This document shows, piece by piece, positions 49,814-57,317 of a DNA stretch of 64,000 bases (positions within the stretch are counted from its first letter, which is position 1; each line of letters starts with the position of its first letter). The notes below the pieces were generated by a model, which was given only the letters and a program-made list of their open reading frames with translations, was not told the DNA's origin and did no database searches. The translations under genes and the position numbers were made by a program. The stretch comes from Alphaproteobacteria bacterium (GTDB lineage Bacteria > Pseudomonadota > Alphaproteobacteria > Geminicoccales > Geminicoccaceae), in assembly GCA_027045875.1 (NCBI GenBank), contig JALUAG010000052.1, positions 55,054 through 119,053 on the forward strand. Direction: 5' to 3'.

Positions 49814-50592
49814 CGGATCGGCTCCGGGATGCGCTCACGGAGGGTGAAGGACCAGCGGTCGCCGTCACTGCCGAAAAGGCCGTAGATCACCGCCTCGCCA
49901 TCGGCGCCCAGACGGTCGAGAAGAGCCAGCACCCGCTGCAGCCGCCGTGCCAGCTCCGTGACCTCGGGCCCGGTGGGCCGGGGCGCTGCGATCTCGAGGA
50001 CCCAGCCGTTCGGATCGCGGGTGACGGCGGCCATGCGCCCGAACAGCAGCCAGCGGGCACGGGGGATCTCGCCGCTCGCGTCGAACAGCCGTGCCGCGGC
50101 GAGCTCGACACGGCCCACCACTCCGGCCCGTTCCGCCTCCGCGGTCAACGGTGGTCCGAAGCGGAGATCGCGCAGTGCGTCCTCCCCGGAGCCCCGGGCG
50201 AGCGTGCCGCCCTCCACCGGCGGTGCGGGTCTCTCCGCGACCGCCGTCGCCGGTGCCGAGAACTGGCGTTCGAGCGATCGCAGAACCCGCTTCGCGCGTT
50301 CCCGATCAAACTCGGAGAGGGCGATCAGCAGCACGAAGAAGCCCGCCAGCAGCAGGAACACGGAGAGAAAGAGGGTGGATGTGGTGGCCGATCCGGGCAT
50401 CCCGGACCGCGTCGGCGAACTCACGACAACGCCGGGAACGGCGAGGGGGTCGTGCGATGTGCCCCCATCTTCCGTTTTCCCGTCGGCCGACGGCCACCCC
50501 GGGGAGACGGGAAACGGCGGTGCGGTCGGGGACGTTGCCGTGCTGCTGTCCGGTGCGGAGCCGATGGACGGAGGGACGGCCTCGGACATCAC
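49810..50592 (-). CDS. MotB-like single-pass membrane protein lacking the channel Asp, with a Ser/Pro/Thr-rich cytoplasmic N-terminus
   Basis: 260 aa. The TM segment TLFLSVFLLLAGFFVLLIALSEF has the MotB-type AxFFVLL pattern, but Ser-Val replaces Ala-Asp. The C-terminal domain again looks like a degenerate OmpA-like fold. GTG/ATG start at 50592/50589, 9 nt after the cheZ stop. Confidence 0.6.
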   Translation of the reverse strand: MMSEAVPPSIGSAPDSSTATSPTAPPFPVSPGWPSADGKTEDGGTSHDPLAVPGVVVSSPTRSGMPGSATTSTLFLSVFLLLAGFFVLLIALSEFDRERAKRVLRSLERQFSAPATAVAERPAPPVEGGTLARGSGEDALRDLRFGPPLTAEAERAGVVGRVELAAARLFDASGEIPRARWLLFGRMAAVTRDPNGWVLEIAAPRPTGPEVTELARRLQRVLALLDRLGADGEAVIYGLFGSDGDRWSFTLRERIPEPIR

Positions 50593-50601
50593 CGGGAGGC
50601 G

Positions 50602-51255
50602 TCAACCGAACAGGGCGTCGATTTCGTCCTGGGTGGTGCCGGTTCCGGGTGGTGCCGGGCCATTGAGGAGATCCTCGTCGGTGAGCGGTTTCTTGGGTGT
50701 CTGCTCGGGTTCCTCGGCGGGAGGATCGCCGAGCGCGGTGAGCAGCGCGTCGATGCGCGTCTCCACCGCTTCCAGGGTATCGACCACCTTCTTGATGCGC
50801 TGGCCCGTGATGTCGTGGAAGTTGCAGGCCTCGTAGATGCGGGTGACGCATTCGAGCAGCTTTTCCGACGCCTCGTCCGGCATGCTCTCGGCCAGCTTCT
50901 CGAGCTCCTCGCAGGTATCGAGGATGGTGCCCGTCGCTTCCTCGAGATGCGAGGCGATGGCGCCCAGCTCGCCGTTGGCGAGCGGCAGATGATGGGAGCG
51001 GATGTCGTGCGGACGCACCGATTCGACATCGACCTTGGCCCGTTCGATGACGCCCGCCAGGGTCTCGAGCTCCTCGGCAATCCGCCGTTCCTTCGCCGAA
51101 ACCTGGCTCTGCACCCGTTCGAGGACCGCCTGGATGATCTTCACCACCTCGGCGAAGAGCTGTCCGCCGTGGGAGATGTCGCCGACGTTGTCCAGACGCC
51201 GGTCGATGAACTGTTCGAGACTTTCCTGCCGGTCTCGGTCCCGCTGGCTCGTCAC
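50602..51255 (-). CDS. cheZ: CheZ-family CheY-P phosphatase
   Basis: 217 aa. ACNFHDITGQRIKKV matches the CheZ catalytic D-x-TGQ motif (E. coli FQDLTGQVIKR). The C-terminal QDEIDALFG resembles the CheY-binding tail QDQVDDLLDSLGF. GTG start with a GGAGA RBS. Confidence 0.8.
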   Translation of the reverse strand: MTSQRDRDRQESLEQFIDRRLDNVGDISHGGQLFAEVVKIIQAVLERVQSQVSAKERRIAEELETLAGVIERAKVDVESVRPHDIRSHHLPLANGELGAIASHLEEATGTILDTCEELEKLAESMPDEASEKLLECVTRIYEACNFHDITGQRIKKVVDTLEAVETRIDALLTALGDPPAEEPEQTPKKPLTDEDLLNGPAPPGTGTTQDEIDALFG

Positions 51256-51270
51256 GATTCGTCTCCGCTG

Positions 51271-51657
51271 TCAGGTACCACCGAGAACCATGGCGATCTT
51301 TTTGTGCAGGGTCTCGGCGTTGAACGGCTTGACGATGTAGTTGTTCACGCCCGCCTGCTTGGCGGCGATCACGTTCTCCGTCTTGCTCTCGGCGGTGATC
51401 ATGATGAACGGGATGTCCTTCAGTTTGGGATCGGCGCGCACCGCCTTCAGGAGCTCGAGCCCGGTCATCGGCTGCATGTTCCAGTCCGAGATCACCAGCC
51501 CGTAAGGCTTCTCGCGCAGCTTGGCGAGCGCCGCCGACCCGTCCGTCGCCTCGTCGACGTTGGTGAACTCGAGCTGGCGCAGCAGATTGCGGATGATCCG
51601 CAACATCGTCTTGTAATCGTCGACGATCAGGATGGGCATCTTCTTGTCGACTGACAT
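51271..51657 (-). CDS. cheY: Single-domain chemotaxis response regulator
   Basis: 128 aa. ILIVDD (D12/D13), VISDWNMP (D57), MITAE (T87), VKPF (K109). Confidence 0.95.
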   Translation of the reverse strand: MSVDKKMPILIVDDYKTMLRIIRNLLRQLEFTNVDEATDGSAALAKLREKPYGLVISDWNMQPMTGLELLKAVRADPKLKDIPFIMITAESKTENVIAAKQAGVNNYIVKPFNAETLHKKIAMVLGGT

Positions 51658-51763
51658 CGAGGCAGGCTCCAGGCAGGCTGTAGTTGGACGGGCTTCACGA
51701 CCGCTCCGAACGCGGCGCCGGTCGCCGCGCTTTCGGGCCGGCGCCCATCCTATGTGCTGCCTC

Positions 51764-51779
51764 TTAAGGTTTGGTTAAC
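51764..51779 (-). promoter_or_regulatory. Perfect CtrA box (TTAA-N7-TTAAC) upstream of the cheY operon
   Basis: TTAAGGTTTGGTTAAC lies 107-122 nt upstream of the cheY ATG. On the coding strand it is followed by GCACATAGGAT, a possible -10. Confidence 0.55.
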
Positions 51780-51869
51780 GCGCATTGGCACCGATCGCGG
51801 CCGGGACGATCGCCACCCGGTCGTCCCGCGCGGCCGGTGACGGGGTCGGTCGCGACGGCGTGTCGACCG

Positions 51870-53255
51870 TCAGAAATCCGGCGGCGGCCTCACGCCGGCC
51901 AGCTCGAGGTGCCGCCGGATCTGCGCCTTGAGGGCCTCGAGCCCGTCGGCCGTGCGGGCCTCGGCGCGGGCCACCAGCACCGCCTGGGTGTTGGAGGCGC
52001 GCAGCAGCCACCACCCCTCCGGCGTCCGCACCCGCACGCCGTCGGTTTCGTCCACCTCCGCCCCCTCCCGGCGGAGCGCCGCCGCCACCTTCTCGATCAC
52101 CCCGAACTTGGTCTCGTCCGGGCAGTCGAAGCGGATCTCGGGCGTGTTGTGGACTTCGGGCAGGGCGTCCCGGATCTCCGCCAGGGTCCGCTCGCCGCGC
52201 GCCAGGATGTCGAGCAGGCGCACCGCCACGTAAAGGGCGTCGTCGTGCCCGTAGAAGCCGTCCTTGTAGAAGATGTGCCCCGACATCTCGCCGGAAAGCG
52301 GCGCTCCGGTCTCCACCATCTTGGCCTTGATCAGCGAATGGCCGGTCTTCCACATCAGGGGACGGCCGCCGAGACGGGCGATCTCGTCGAACAGGAGCTG
52401 GCTCGCCTTCACGTCGGCGATGATGGTGGCGCCCGGATGGCGGCCCAGCACGTCGGCGGCCAGAATCCCGAGGAGCTGGTCGCCGTAGATGATGCGGCCC
52501 TTGCCGTCCACCACCCCGATACGGTCGCCGTCCCCGTCGAAGCCGATGCCCACCTCGTAGCCGCCCGCGACCACCTCCCGGCGCAGCGCCTCGAGGTTCT
52601 CGGGTACGGTGGGATCGGGATGATGGTTGGGAAACCGCCCGTCCACCTCGGCGAACAGGCAGCGGTGGCGCCCGGGCAGCCGCGCCGCCAGCGCCTCCAT
52701 GGCCGGTCCGGCGGCCCCGTTGCCCGCATCCCAGACGGTGTCGATCGGTCGCGTGCCGTGAAAATCGCGCAGCAGGCGGTCGACGTAGGCATCGAAGACG
52801 GGCGTGTCCACCACCCGTCCGCTACCCGAGGCGAACGCTCCCTCGGCCGCGATCCGTCCGAGCTCGCGGATCCGCGAGCCGAAGAAGGCGGCCTTGCCGA
52901 ACATCATCTTGAAGCCGTTGTGGCTCGGCGGATTGTGCGAGCCGGTGACCTGGATGCCGCCATCGGCATCGAGATGATGGACCGCGAAATACATCATCGG
53001 CGTCGGGCCGAGCCCCAGCCGCAGCACCTCCATGCCGCTCGCCACCAGCCCCGCCGCCAGCGCCGCTTCCAGTTCGGGCGAGCTCAGCCGGCCGTCGTAG
53101 CCGACGCACACCCGCCTGCCGCCCTCGCGCCCCAGAAGCGTCCCGAACGCCCGCCCGATGGCGCGCGCATCCTCGGGAAACAGGGTTTCGCCGACGATGC
53201 CGCGAATGTCGTACTCGCGCAGGATGGTGGGATGGAAGCGATGCCCAGAGGCCAT
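51870..53255 (-). CDS. Phosphomannomutase/phosphoglucomutase
   Basis: 461 aa. The active-site loop TGSHNPPSHNGFK, a metal loop FDGDGDR, and GEMSGH. Confidence 0.95.
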   Translation of the reverse strand: MASGHRFHPTILREYDIRGIVGETLFPEDARAIGRAFGTLLGREGGRRVCVGYDGRLSSPELEAALAAGLVASGMEVLRLGLGPTPMMYFAVHHLDADGGIQVTGSHNPPSHNGFKMMFGKAAFFGSRIRELGRIAAEGAFASGSGRVVDTPVFDAYVDRLLRDFHGTRPIDTVWDAGNGAAGPAMEALAARLPGRHRCLFAEVDGRFPNHHPDPTVPENLEALRREVVAGGYEVGIGFDGDGDRIGVVDGKGRIIYGDQLLGILAADVLGRHPGATIIADVKASQLLFDEIARLGGRPLMWKTGHSLIKAKMVETGAPLSGEMSGHIFYKDGFYGHDDALYVAVRLLDILARGERTLAEIRDALPEVHNTPEIRFDCPDETKFGVIEKVAAALRREGAEVDETDGVRVRTPEGWWLLRASNTQAVLVARAEARTADGLEALKAQIRRHLELAGVRPPPDF

Positions 53256-53267
53256 GTCCCGCTCCGC

Positions 53268-54602
53268 TCAGTGTTTTTCCGGCAGGCTGCCGTCGATCGC
53301 CGGCCGCCCGATGCTGACGTAGGAGAAGCCGGCGCGGACCACCCGTTCGGGATCGAACACGTTCCGGAGATCGACGATCCGCGGTTCACGCATCATCCGC
53401 CGCACCCTGTCGAGGTCGAGGCCGCGGAACTCGTTCCATTCGGTGAGGATCACGAGCACGTCGGCTCCCTCCAGGATGCCGTAGGGATCCTCGCCCCAGA
53501 TCACCCCCGGCAACAGGCGACGGGCCTCCTCCATTCCCTTGGGGTCGTAGGCCCGCACTTCCGCCCCCTCCGCCTGCAGGGCCGGCAGGATGACGAGGCT
53601 CGGACTCTCCCGCATGTCGTCGGTGTTGGGCTTGAAGGTGACGCCGAGCACCGCGACGGCCCGCCCCGCGACGCTGCCGCCGCAGGCATCGGTGATCTTG
53701 CGTACCATCCGCCGCTTGCGCGCCTCGTTGACGGCGACCACCGTCTCCACCGTGCGCAGCGGGCTGTCGTACTGCTCGGCCGTGCGCAGCAGCGCCAGCG
53801 TGTCCTTGGGAAAGCAGGAGCCTCCGTAGCCCGGTCCGGCGTGCAGGAACTTGCGCCCGATGCGGCCGTCCAGCCCGATCCCCTTGGCCACCGCCTGCAC
53901 GTCGGCCCCCACCTTCTCGCAGAGATCGGCGATCTCGTTGATGAAGGTGATCTTCATCGCGAGGAAGGAGTTGGTGGCGTACTTGATGAGCTCGGCGGTC
54001 TCGAGGCCGGTGAAGAGGATCGGCGTCTCGATCAGGTTGAGGGGGCGGTAGGCCTGGGCGAGGATGTCGCGCGCGCGTTCGGTCTCGACCCCGCAGACCA
54101 CCCGGTCGGGACGCATGAAATCGCCGATCGCGGAGCCCTCGCGGAGGAACTCGGGATTGGAGGCGACTTCGATCGGCAGGTCCGGCCGCCGTTCGCGGAA
54201 GAAGTCCCACAGCCGCCGCGTGGTGCCCACCGGCACCGTCGATTTGGTCACCACCAGGGTGGGGCGGGAAACGCAGGCGGCGATGTCCTCGGCCGCCCCG
54301 AACACGTAAGTGAGATCGGCGTGGCCGTCACCGCGCCGGGTGGGTGTCCCGACGGCGATGAACACCGCATCCGCCTCCCGCACCGCATCGCCGAGCTCGG
54401 TGGTGAAGGCGAGCCTTCCGGCATCCCGGTTGCGCGCCACCAGCTCGTCCAGACCCGGCTCGTAGATCGGCATCTCGCCCCGCTCGATGCGGGCGATCTT
54501 GTCGGCATCCCTGTCGACACAGACCACGTCGAGCCCGAATTCGGCGAAGCAGGCCCCCGAAACCAGGCCCACGTAGCCGGTACCGATCATCGCGATGCGC
54601 AA
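53268..54602 (-). CDS. ugd: UDP-glucose 6-dehydrogenase
   Basis: 444 aa. MRIAMIGTGYVGLVSG (Rossmann), NPEFLREG, and GGSCFPKD with the catalytic Cys. Confidence 0.95.
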   Translation of the reverse strand: MRIAMIGTGYVGLVSGACFAEFGLDVVCVDRDADKIARIERGEMPIYEPGLDELVARNRDAGRLAFTTELGDAVREADAVFIAVGTPTRRGDGHADLTYVFGAAEDIAACVSRPTLVVTKSTVPVGTTRRLWDFFRERRPDLPIEVASNPEFLREGSAIGDFMRPDRVVCGVETERARDILAQAYRPLNLIETPILFTGLETAELIKYATNSFLAMKITFINEIADLCEKVGADVQAVAKGIGLDGRIGRKFLHAGPGYGGSCFPKDTLALLRTAEQYDSPLRTVETVVAVNEARKRRMVRKITDACGGSVAGRAVAVLGVTFKPNTDDMRESPSLVILPALQAEGAEVRAYDPKGMEEARRLLPGVIWGEDPYGILEGADVLVILTEWNEFRGLDLDRVRRMMREPRIVDLRNVFDPERVVRAGFSYVSIGRPAIDGSLPEKH

Positions 54603-54674
54603 GGCTTCTCTCCCGGCGGTATCGACGGCGCCCGACGGCGAAACATCCCGTCGCCCCGCCCGCCTCCGAAGGTG

Positions 54675-55541
54675 TCATACATAGTGGCGCAGGGCGGCAT
54701 GCAGGCCGGCGGCCAGATCGTCGCGTTCCATGGCGAGGGCCACGATCGCCTCGAGATACCCGAGACGGTCACCGCAGTCGAAACGGCGGCCCTCGAACCG
54801 CAGGCCGAAGAAGCGCTGGACCTCCAGCAGACGGCTCATGGCGTCGGTGAGCTGGATCTCGCCGCCCGCGCCCGGCGGCAGACGATCGAGGATGCCGAAG
54901 ATCTCGCCGCTCAGCACGTAGCGGCCGATCACCGCCAGCCGCGACGGCGCCTCGGCGGGCGCCGGCTTCTCGACGAATCCCCGGACCTCCACCAGCCGGT
55001 CGCGGGCCTCGCCGGGATCGACGATGCCGTAGCGGGCGGTATGTTCGGGCTCCACCTCCATCACCGCCACGATGTTGCCGCCGGTCTCGGCGTGGGCCTC
55101 GACGAGCTGGGCGAGACAGGGTGTGCGGGCATGAACGAGATCGTCCACCAGGACCACCGCGAAGGGCTCGTCGCCGACGAGATGGCGGGCACACCAGACC
55201 GCATGGCCGAGGCCCTTCGGTTCCTGCTGGCGGGTGTAGACGAAGCAGCCGGCCTCGGGCATCGCCGCCTCCAGCGCCGCCAGGGTCTCTTCCCTGCGCT
55301 TGCGGGCCAGGGTGTCGAACAGCTCGAAGGCGCGGTCGAAGTGATCTTCGATCAGGGTCTTGCCCCGACCGGTGACGAAGATGAACTGTTCGGCGCCGGC
55401 CGCCGCCGCCTCCTCGACCGCGTACTGCACGAGCGGCCGGTCCACCACCGGCAGCATCTCCTTCGGCAGGACCTTGGTCGCCGGCAGCATGCGGGTGCCC
55501 AGTCCCGCTACCGGAAAGACGACCTTGCGAATGGCAGCCAT
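54675..55541 (-). CDS. galU: UTP--glucose-1-phosphate uridylyltransferase
   Basis: From ATG 55541: KVVFPVAGLGTRMLPATKVLPKEMLPVVDRPL, VLVDD, VEKP. Confidence 0.95.
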   Translation of the reverse strand: MAAIRKVVFPVAGLGTRMLPATKVLPKEMLPVVDRPLVQYAVEEAAAAGAEQFIFVTGRGKTLIEDHFDRAFELFDTLARKRREETLAALEAAMPEAGCFVYTRQQEPKGLGHAVWCARHLVGDEPFAVVLVDDLVHARTPCLAQLVEAHAETGGNIVAVMEVEPEHTARYGIVDPGEARDRLVEVRGFVEKPAPAEAPSRLAVIGRYVLSGEIFGILDRLPPGAGGEIQLTDAMSRLLEVQRFFGLRFEGRRFDCGDRLGYLEAIVALAMERDDLAAGLHAALRHYV

Positions 55542-55707
55542 GTGACCCTGCTTTCCCGATCGAGAACGGACGCGGTCCGGACCCACGCGGTCGGTCCGGC
55601 CGTGGGCGAGGATGAGGCCTCTAATAGCGGTGCCCCCGTTGGATTTTCAACCACGTTGCGAGCGCCGGACGACACAGCCCGATACGTTTCCCGCCGGCGC
55701 GCCCGGT

Positions 55708-56436
55708 TCAACGCCGGCCCCGCAGGAGGGTTTCCTTGGCGCGGTTGATCTGGATCGCGAGATAGTTGGACCCGCCGTGATCGGGATGGAGCTTGGCCAT
55801 CAGCCGGCGATGCGCGGCCTTGATCTCCTCGACGGTGGCGCCCGGCCGGAGACCGAGCACGGCGAGCGCGGTGCGCTCGTCCATCGCCGAATCCGCGGGC
55901 CCCGCCGCCCGCTGTCCGGCGCCGACCTCCTCTTCCTCGGCCGATCGTGCGGCGCGCCATCCGGGGTCGCGCCGGTCGAGATAAGCCTCGAGAAGCTTCG
56001 CGCTGTCGGGATCCTCGCGAAGGAACTCCGCCAGCAGCTCCCGCAGCTCGGCGAGGCCGAGCCCGTCGAGGCGCCGTCCGGCGAAGCGGCCGCCGAGCAC
56101 GACACCGTCGAGCCGTCCGGAGCGACGGTTCAGCTCCATGCGTAGAAGCCGCGTCTCGACCCGCGACACCTCCTCCTGCTCCTCGCCGCCGTCGAACGGA
56201 TCGGCCCCGCGCCGGGCCTTCACGAAGGAGCGCACGGCCATCACCATGGCCGCCAGGGTCACCAGCGCGAGGCCGAAGCGGCCCGCGTAGATGAGGCCCG
56301 TGCTCGCGAGGGCGCTGAAGACGAAGACGAAGGTGCGGACCGCCTGTGCGAGATCGGAGACGGGAGCGGTGACGAACCAGCGCAGCCCGACGAGCAGCAG
56401 AACGACGATGCCGGCGACGACGAGGAGGGTGCTCAT
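55708..56436 (-). CDS. Inner-membrane J-domain protein (N-terminal TM helices, C-terminal DnaJ domain)
   Basis: 242 aa with two to three N-terminal hydrophobic helices. The C-terminal J domain carries the HPD motif (AHRRLMAKLHPDHGGS). Confidence 0.8.
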   Translation of the reverse strand: MSTLLVVAGIVVLLLVGLRWFVTAPVSDLAQAVRTFVFVFSALASTGLIYAGRFGLALVTLAAMVMAVRSFVKARRGADPFDGGEEQEEVSRVETRLLRMELNRRSGRLDGVVLGGRFAGRRLDGLGLAELRELLAEFLREDPDSAKLLEAYLDRRDPGWRAARSAEEEEVGAGQRAAGPADSAMDERTALAVLGLRPGATVEEIKAAHRRLMAKLHPDHGGSNYLAIQINRAKETLLRGRR

Positions 56437-56439
56437 CCC

Positions 56440-57135
56440 TCACCGGATCTGCCGTGCGATCAACCGGACGTTCCCGCCGGAACGGCCGGCAAAGGATTCG
56501 AGGGCGGCGATGCCGCCCGCGGCATAGGCGGCGACGGCGGCGAGCAGTTCGCGGAGCTGTCCGGGCGCGGCGCTGTCGAAGCGGCAGTGGGCCCCGCCCG
56601 TGAGCCGGGCGATGTCGCGGAAGGCCCGGCCGGCGACGGGATCGGCCCCTTCCTGGAACATGAAGCCGCGCACCCCGCGCACTCCCAGTTCGCCGGCCAG
56701 ACGGCCGAGCTCGTCGATATCCTCCTCGCAGCAGTCGCCGATGAAGACGAGGGCGTGGACCCGTTCCTTCGCGGTCTCCCTGAGGGCGTGGCGCAGCACG
56801 CGGCGGATCTGGGTCTGGCCCGCCCGGCAGGTGACGCGGGTCATCAGATCGACGAGAGTCCGCGGCTCGGTCACCCAGCGGCTGGCCTTGCATTCGTCGA
56901 AGCCGCGGTAGAACACGAGCTGCACCTCGAGCCCGCCCAGCCGGCCGGCTTCGAGGAACATCTCGCCGGTGACCCGCGCCGCCCGGTCCCAGGTGGGCTC
57001 GCGCGACGCGGTGGCGTCGAGGGCGAAGATCAGCCGGCCCGGCCCCCCGCCACGCCGCTCGGGAAGGCGTTTCACCTCCTCGAGAAAGCTCGCGAGGCCG
57101 TCGGCCTGCCGCTCGGTGAGACTTTTCCTGCTCAT
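56440..57135 (-). CDS. von Willebrand factor A domain protein
   Basis: From ATG 57135: 231 aa with a MIDAS-like LIFALDATAS, followed by VFIGD. It ends 3 nt before the J-protein gene. Confidence 0.8.
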   Translation of the reverse strand: MSRKSLTERQADGLASFLEEVKRLPERRGGGPGRLIFALDATASREPTWDRAARVTGEMFLEAGRLGGLEVQLVFYRGFDECKASRWVTEPRTLVDLMTRVTCRAGQTQIRRVLRHALRETAKERVHALVFIGDCCEEDIDELGRLAGELGVRGVRGFMFQEGADPVAGRAFRDIARLTGGAHCRFDSAAPGQLRELLAAVAAYAAGGIAALESFAGRSGGNVRLIARQIR

Positions 57136-57317
57136 GTCCGCGAATCTGCCTTCCTCGGCCCGACTGTCCAGACCCCACGGGTCGGGGACACGCGTTTCCG
57201 CTCCGCCGCGCCCCCCGCGTCCGGAGCGTGTGGCGCGCACCCGCGCTCGCTCGAAACGGCGTCGCAGGTTAGCTCCAATCGAACATACAATGCACGAACA
57301 AGGGGGGGGAACACGAG

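Noticed and set aside
57302-57309. G8 homopolymer 8 nt upstream of the ATG at 57318, considered as a possible slipped-strand phase-variation switch.
   Set aside because: At this base composition, G/C runs of this length are expected many times by chance. The tract lies where a purine-rich RBS would be, and nothing else suggests contingency-locus behaviour.
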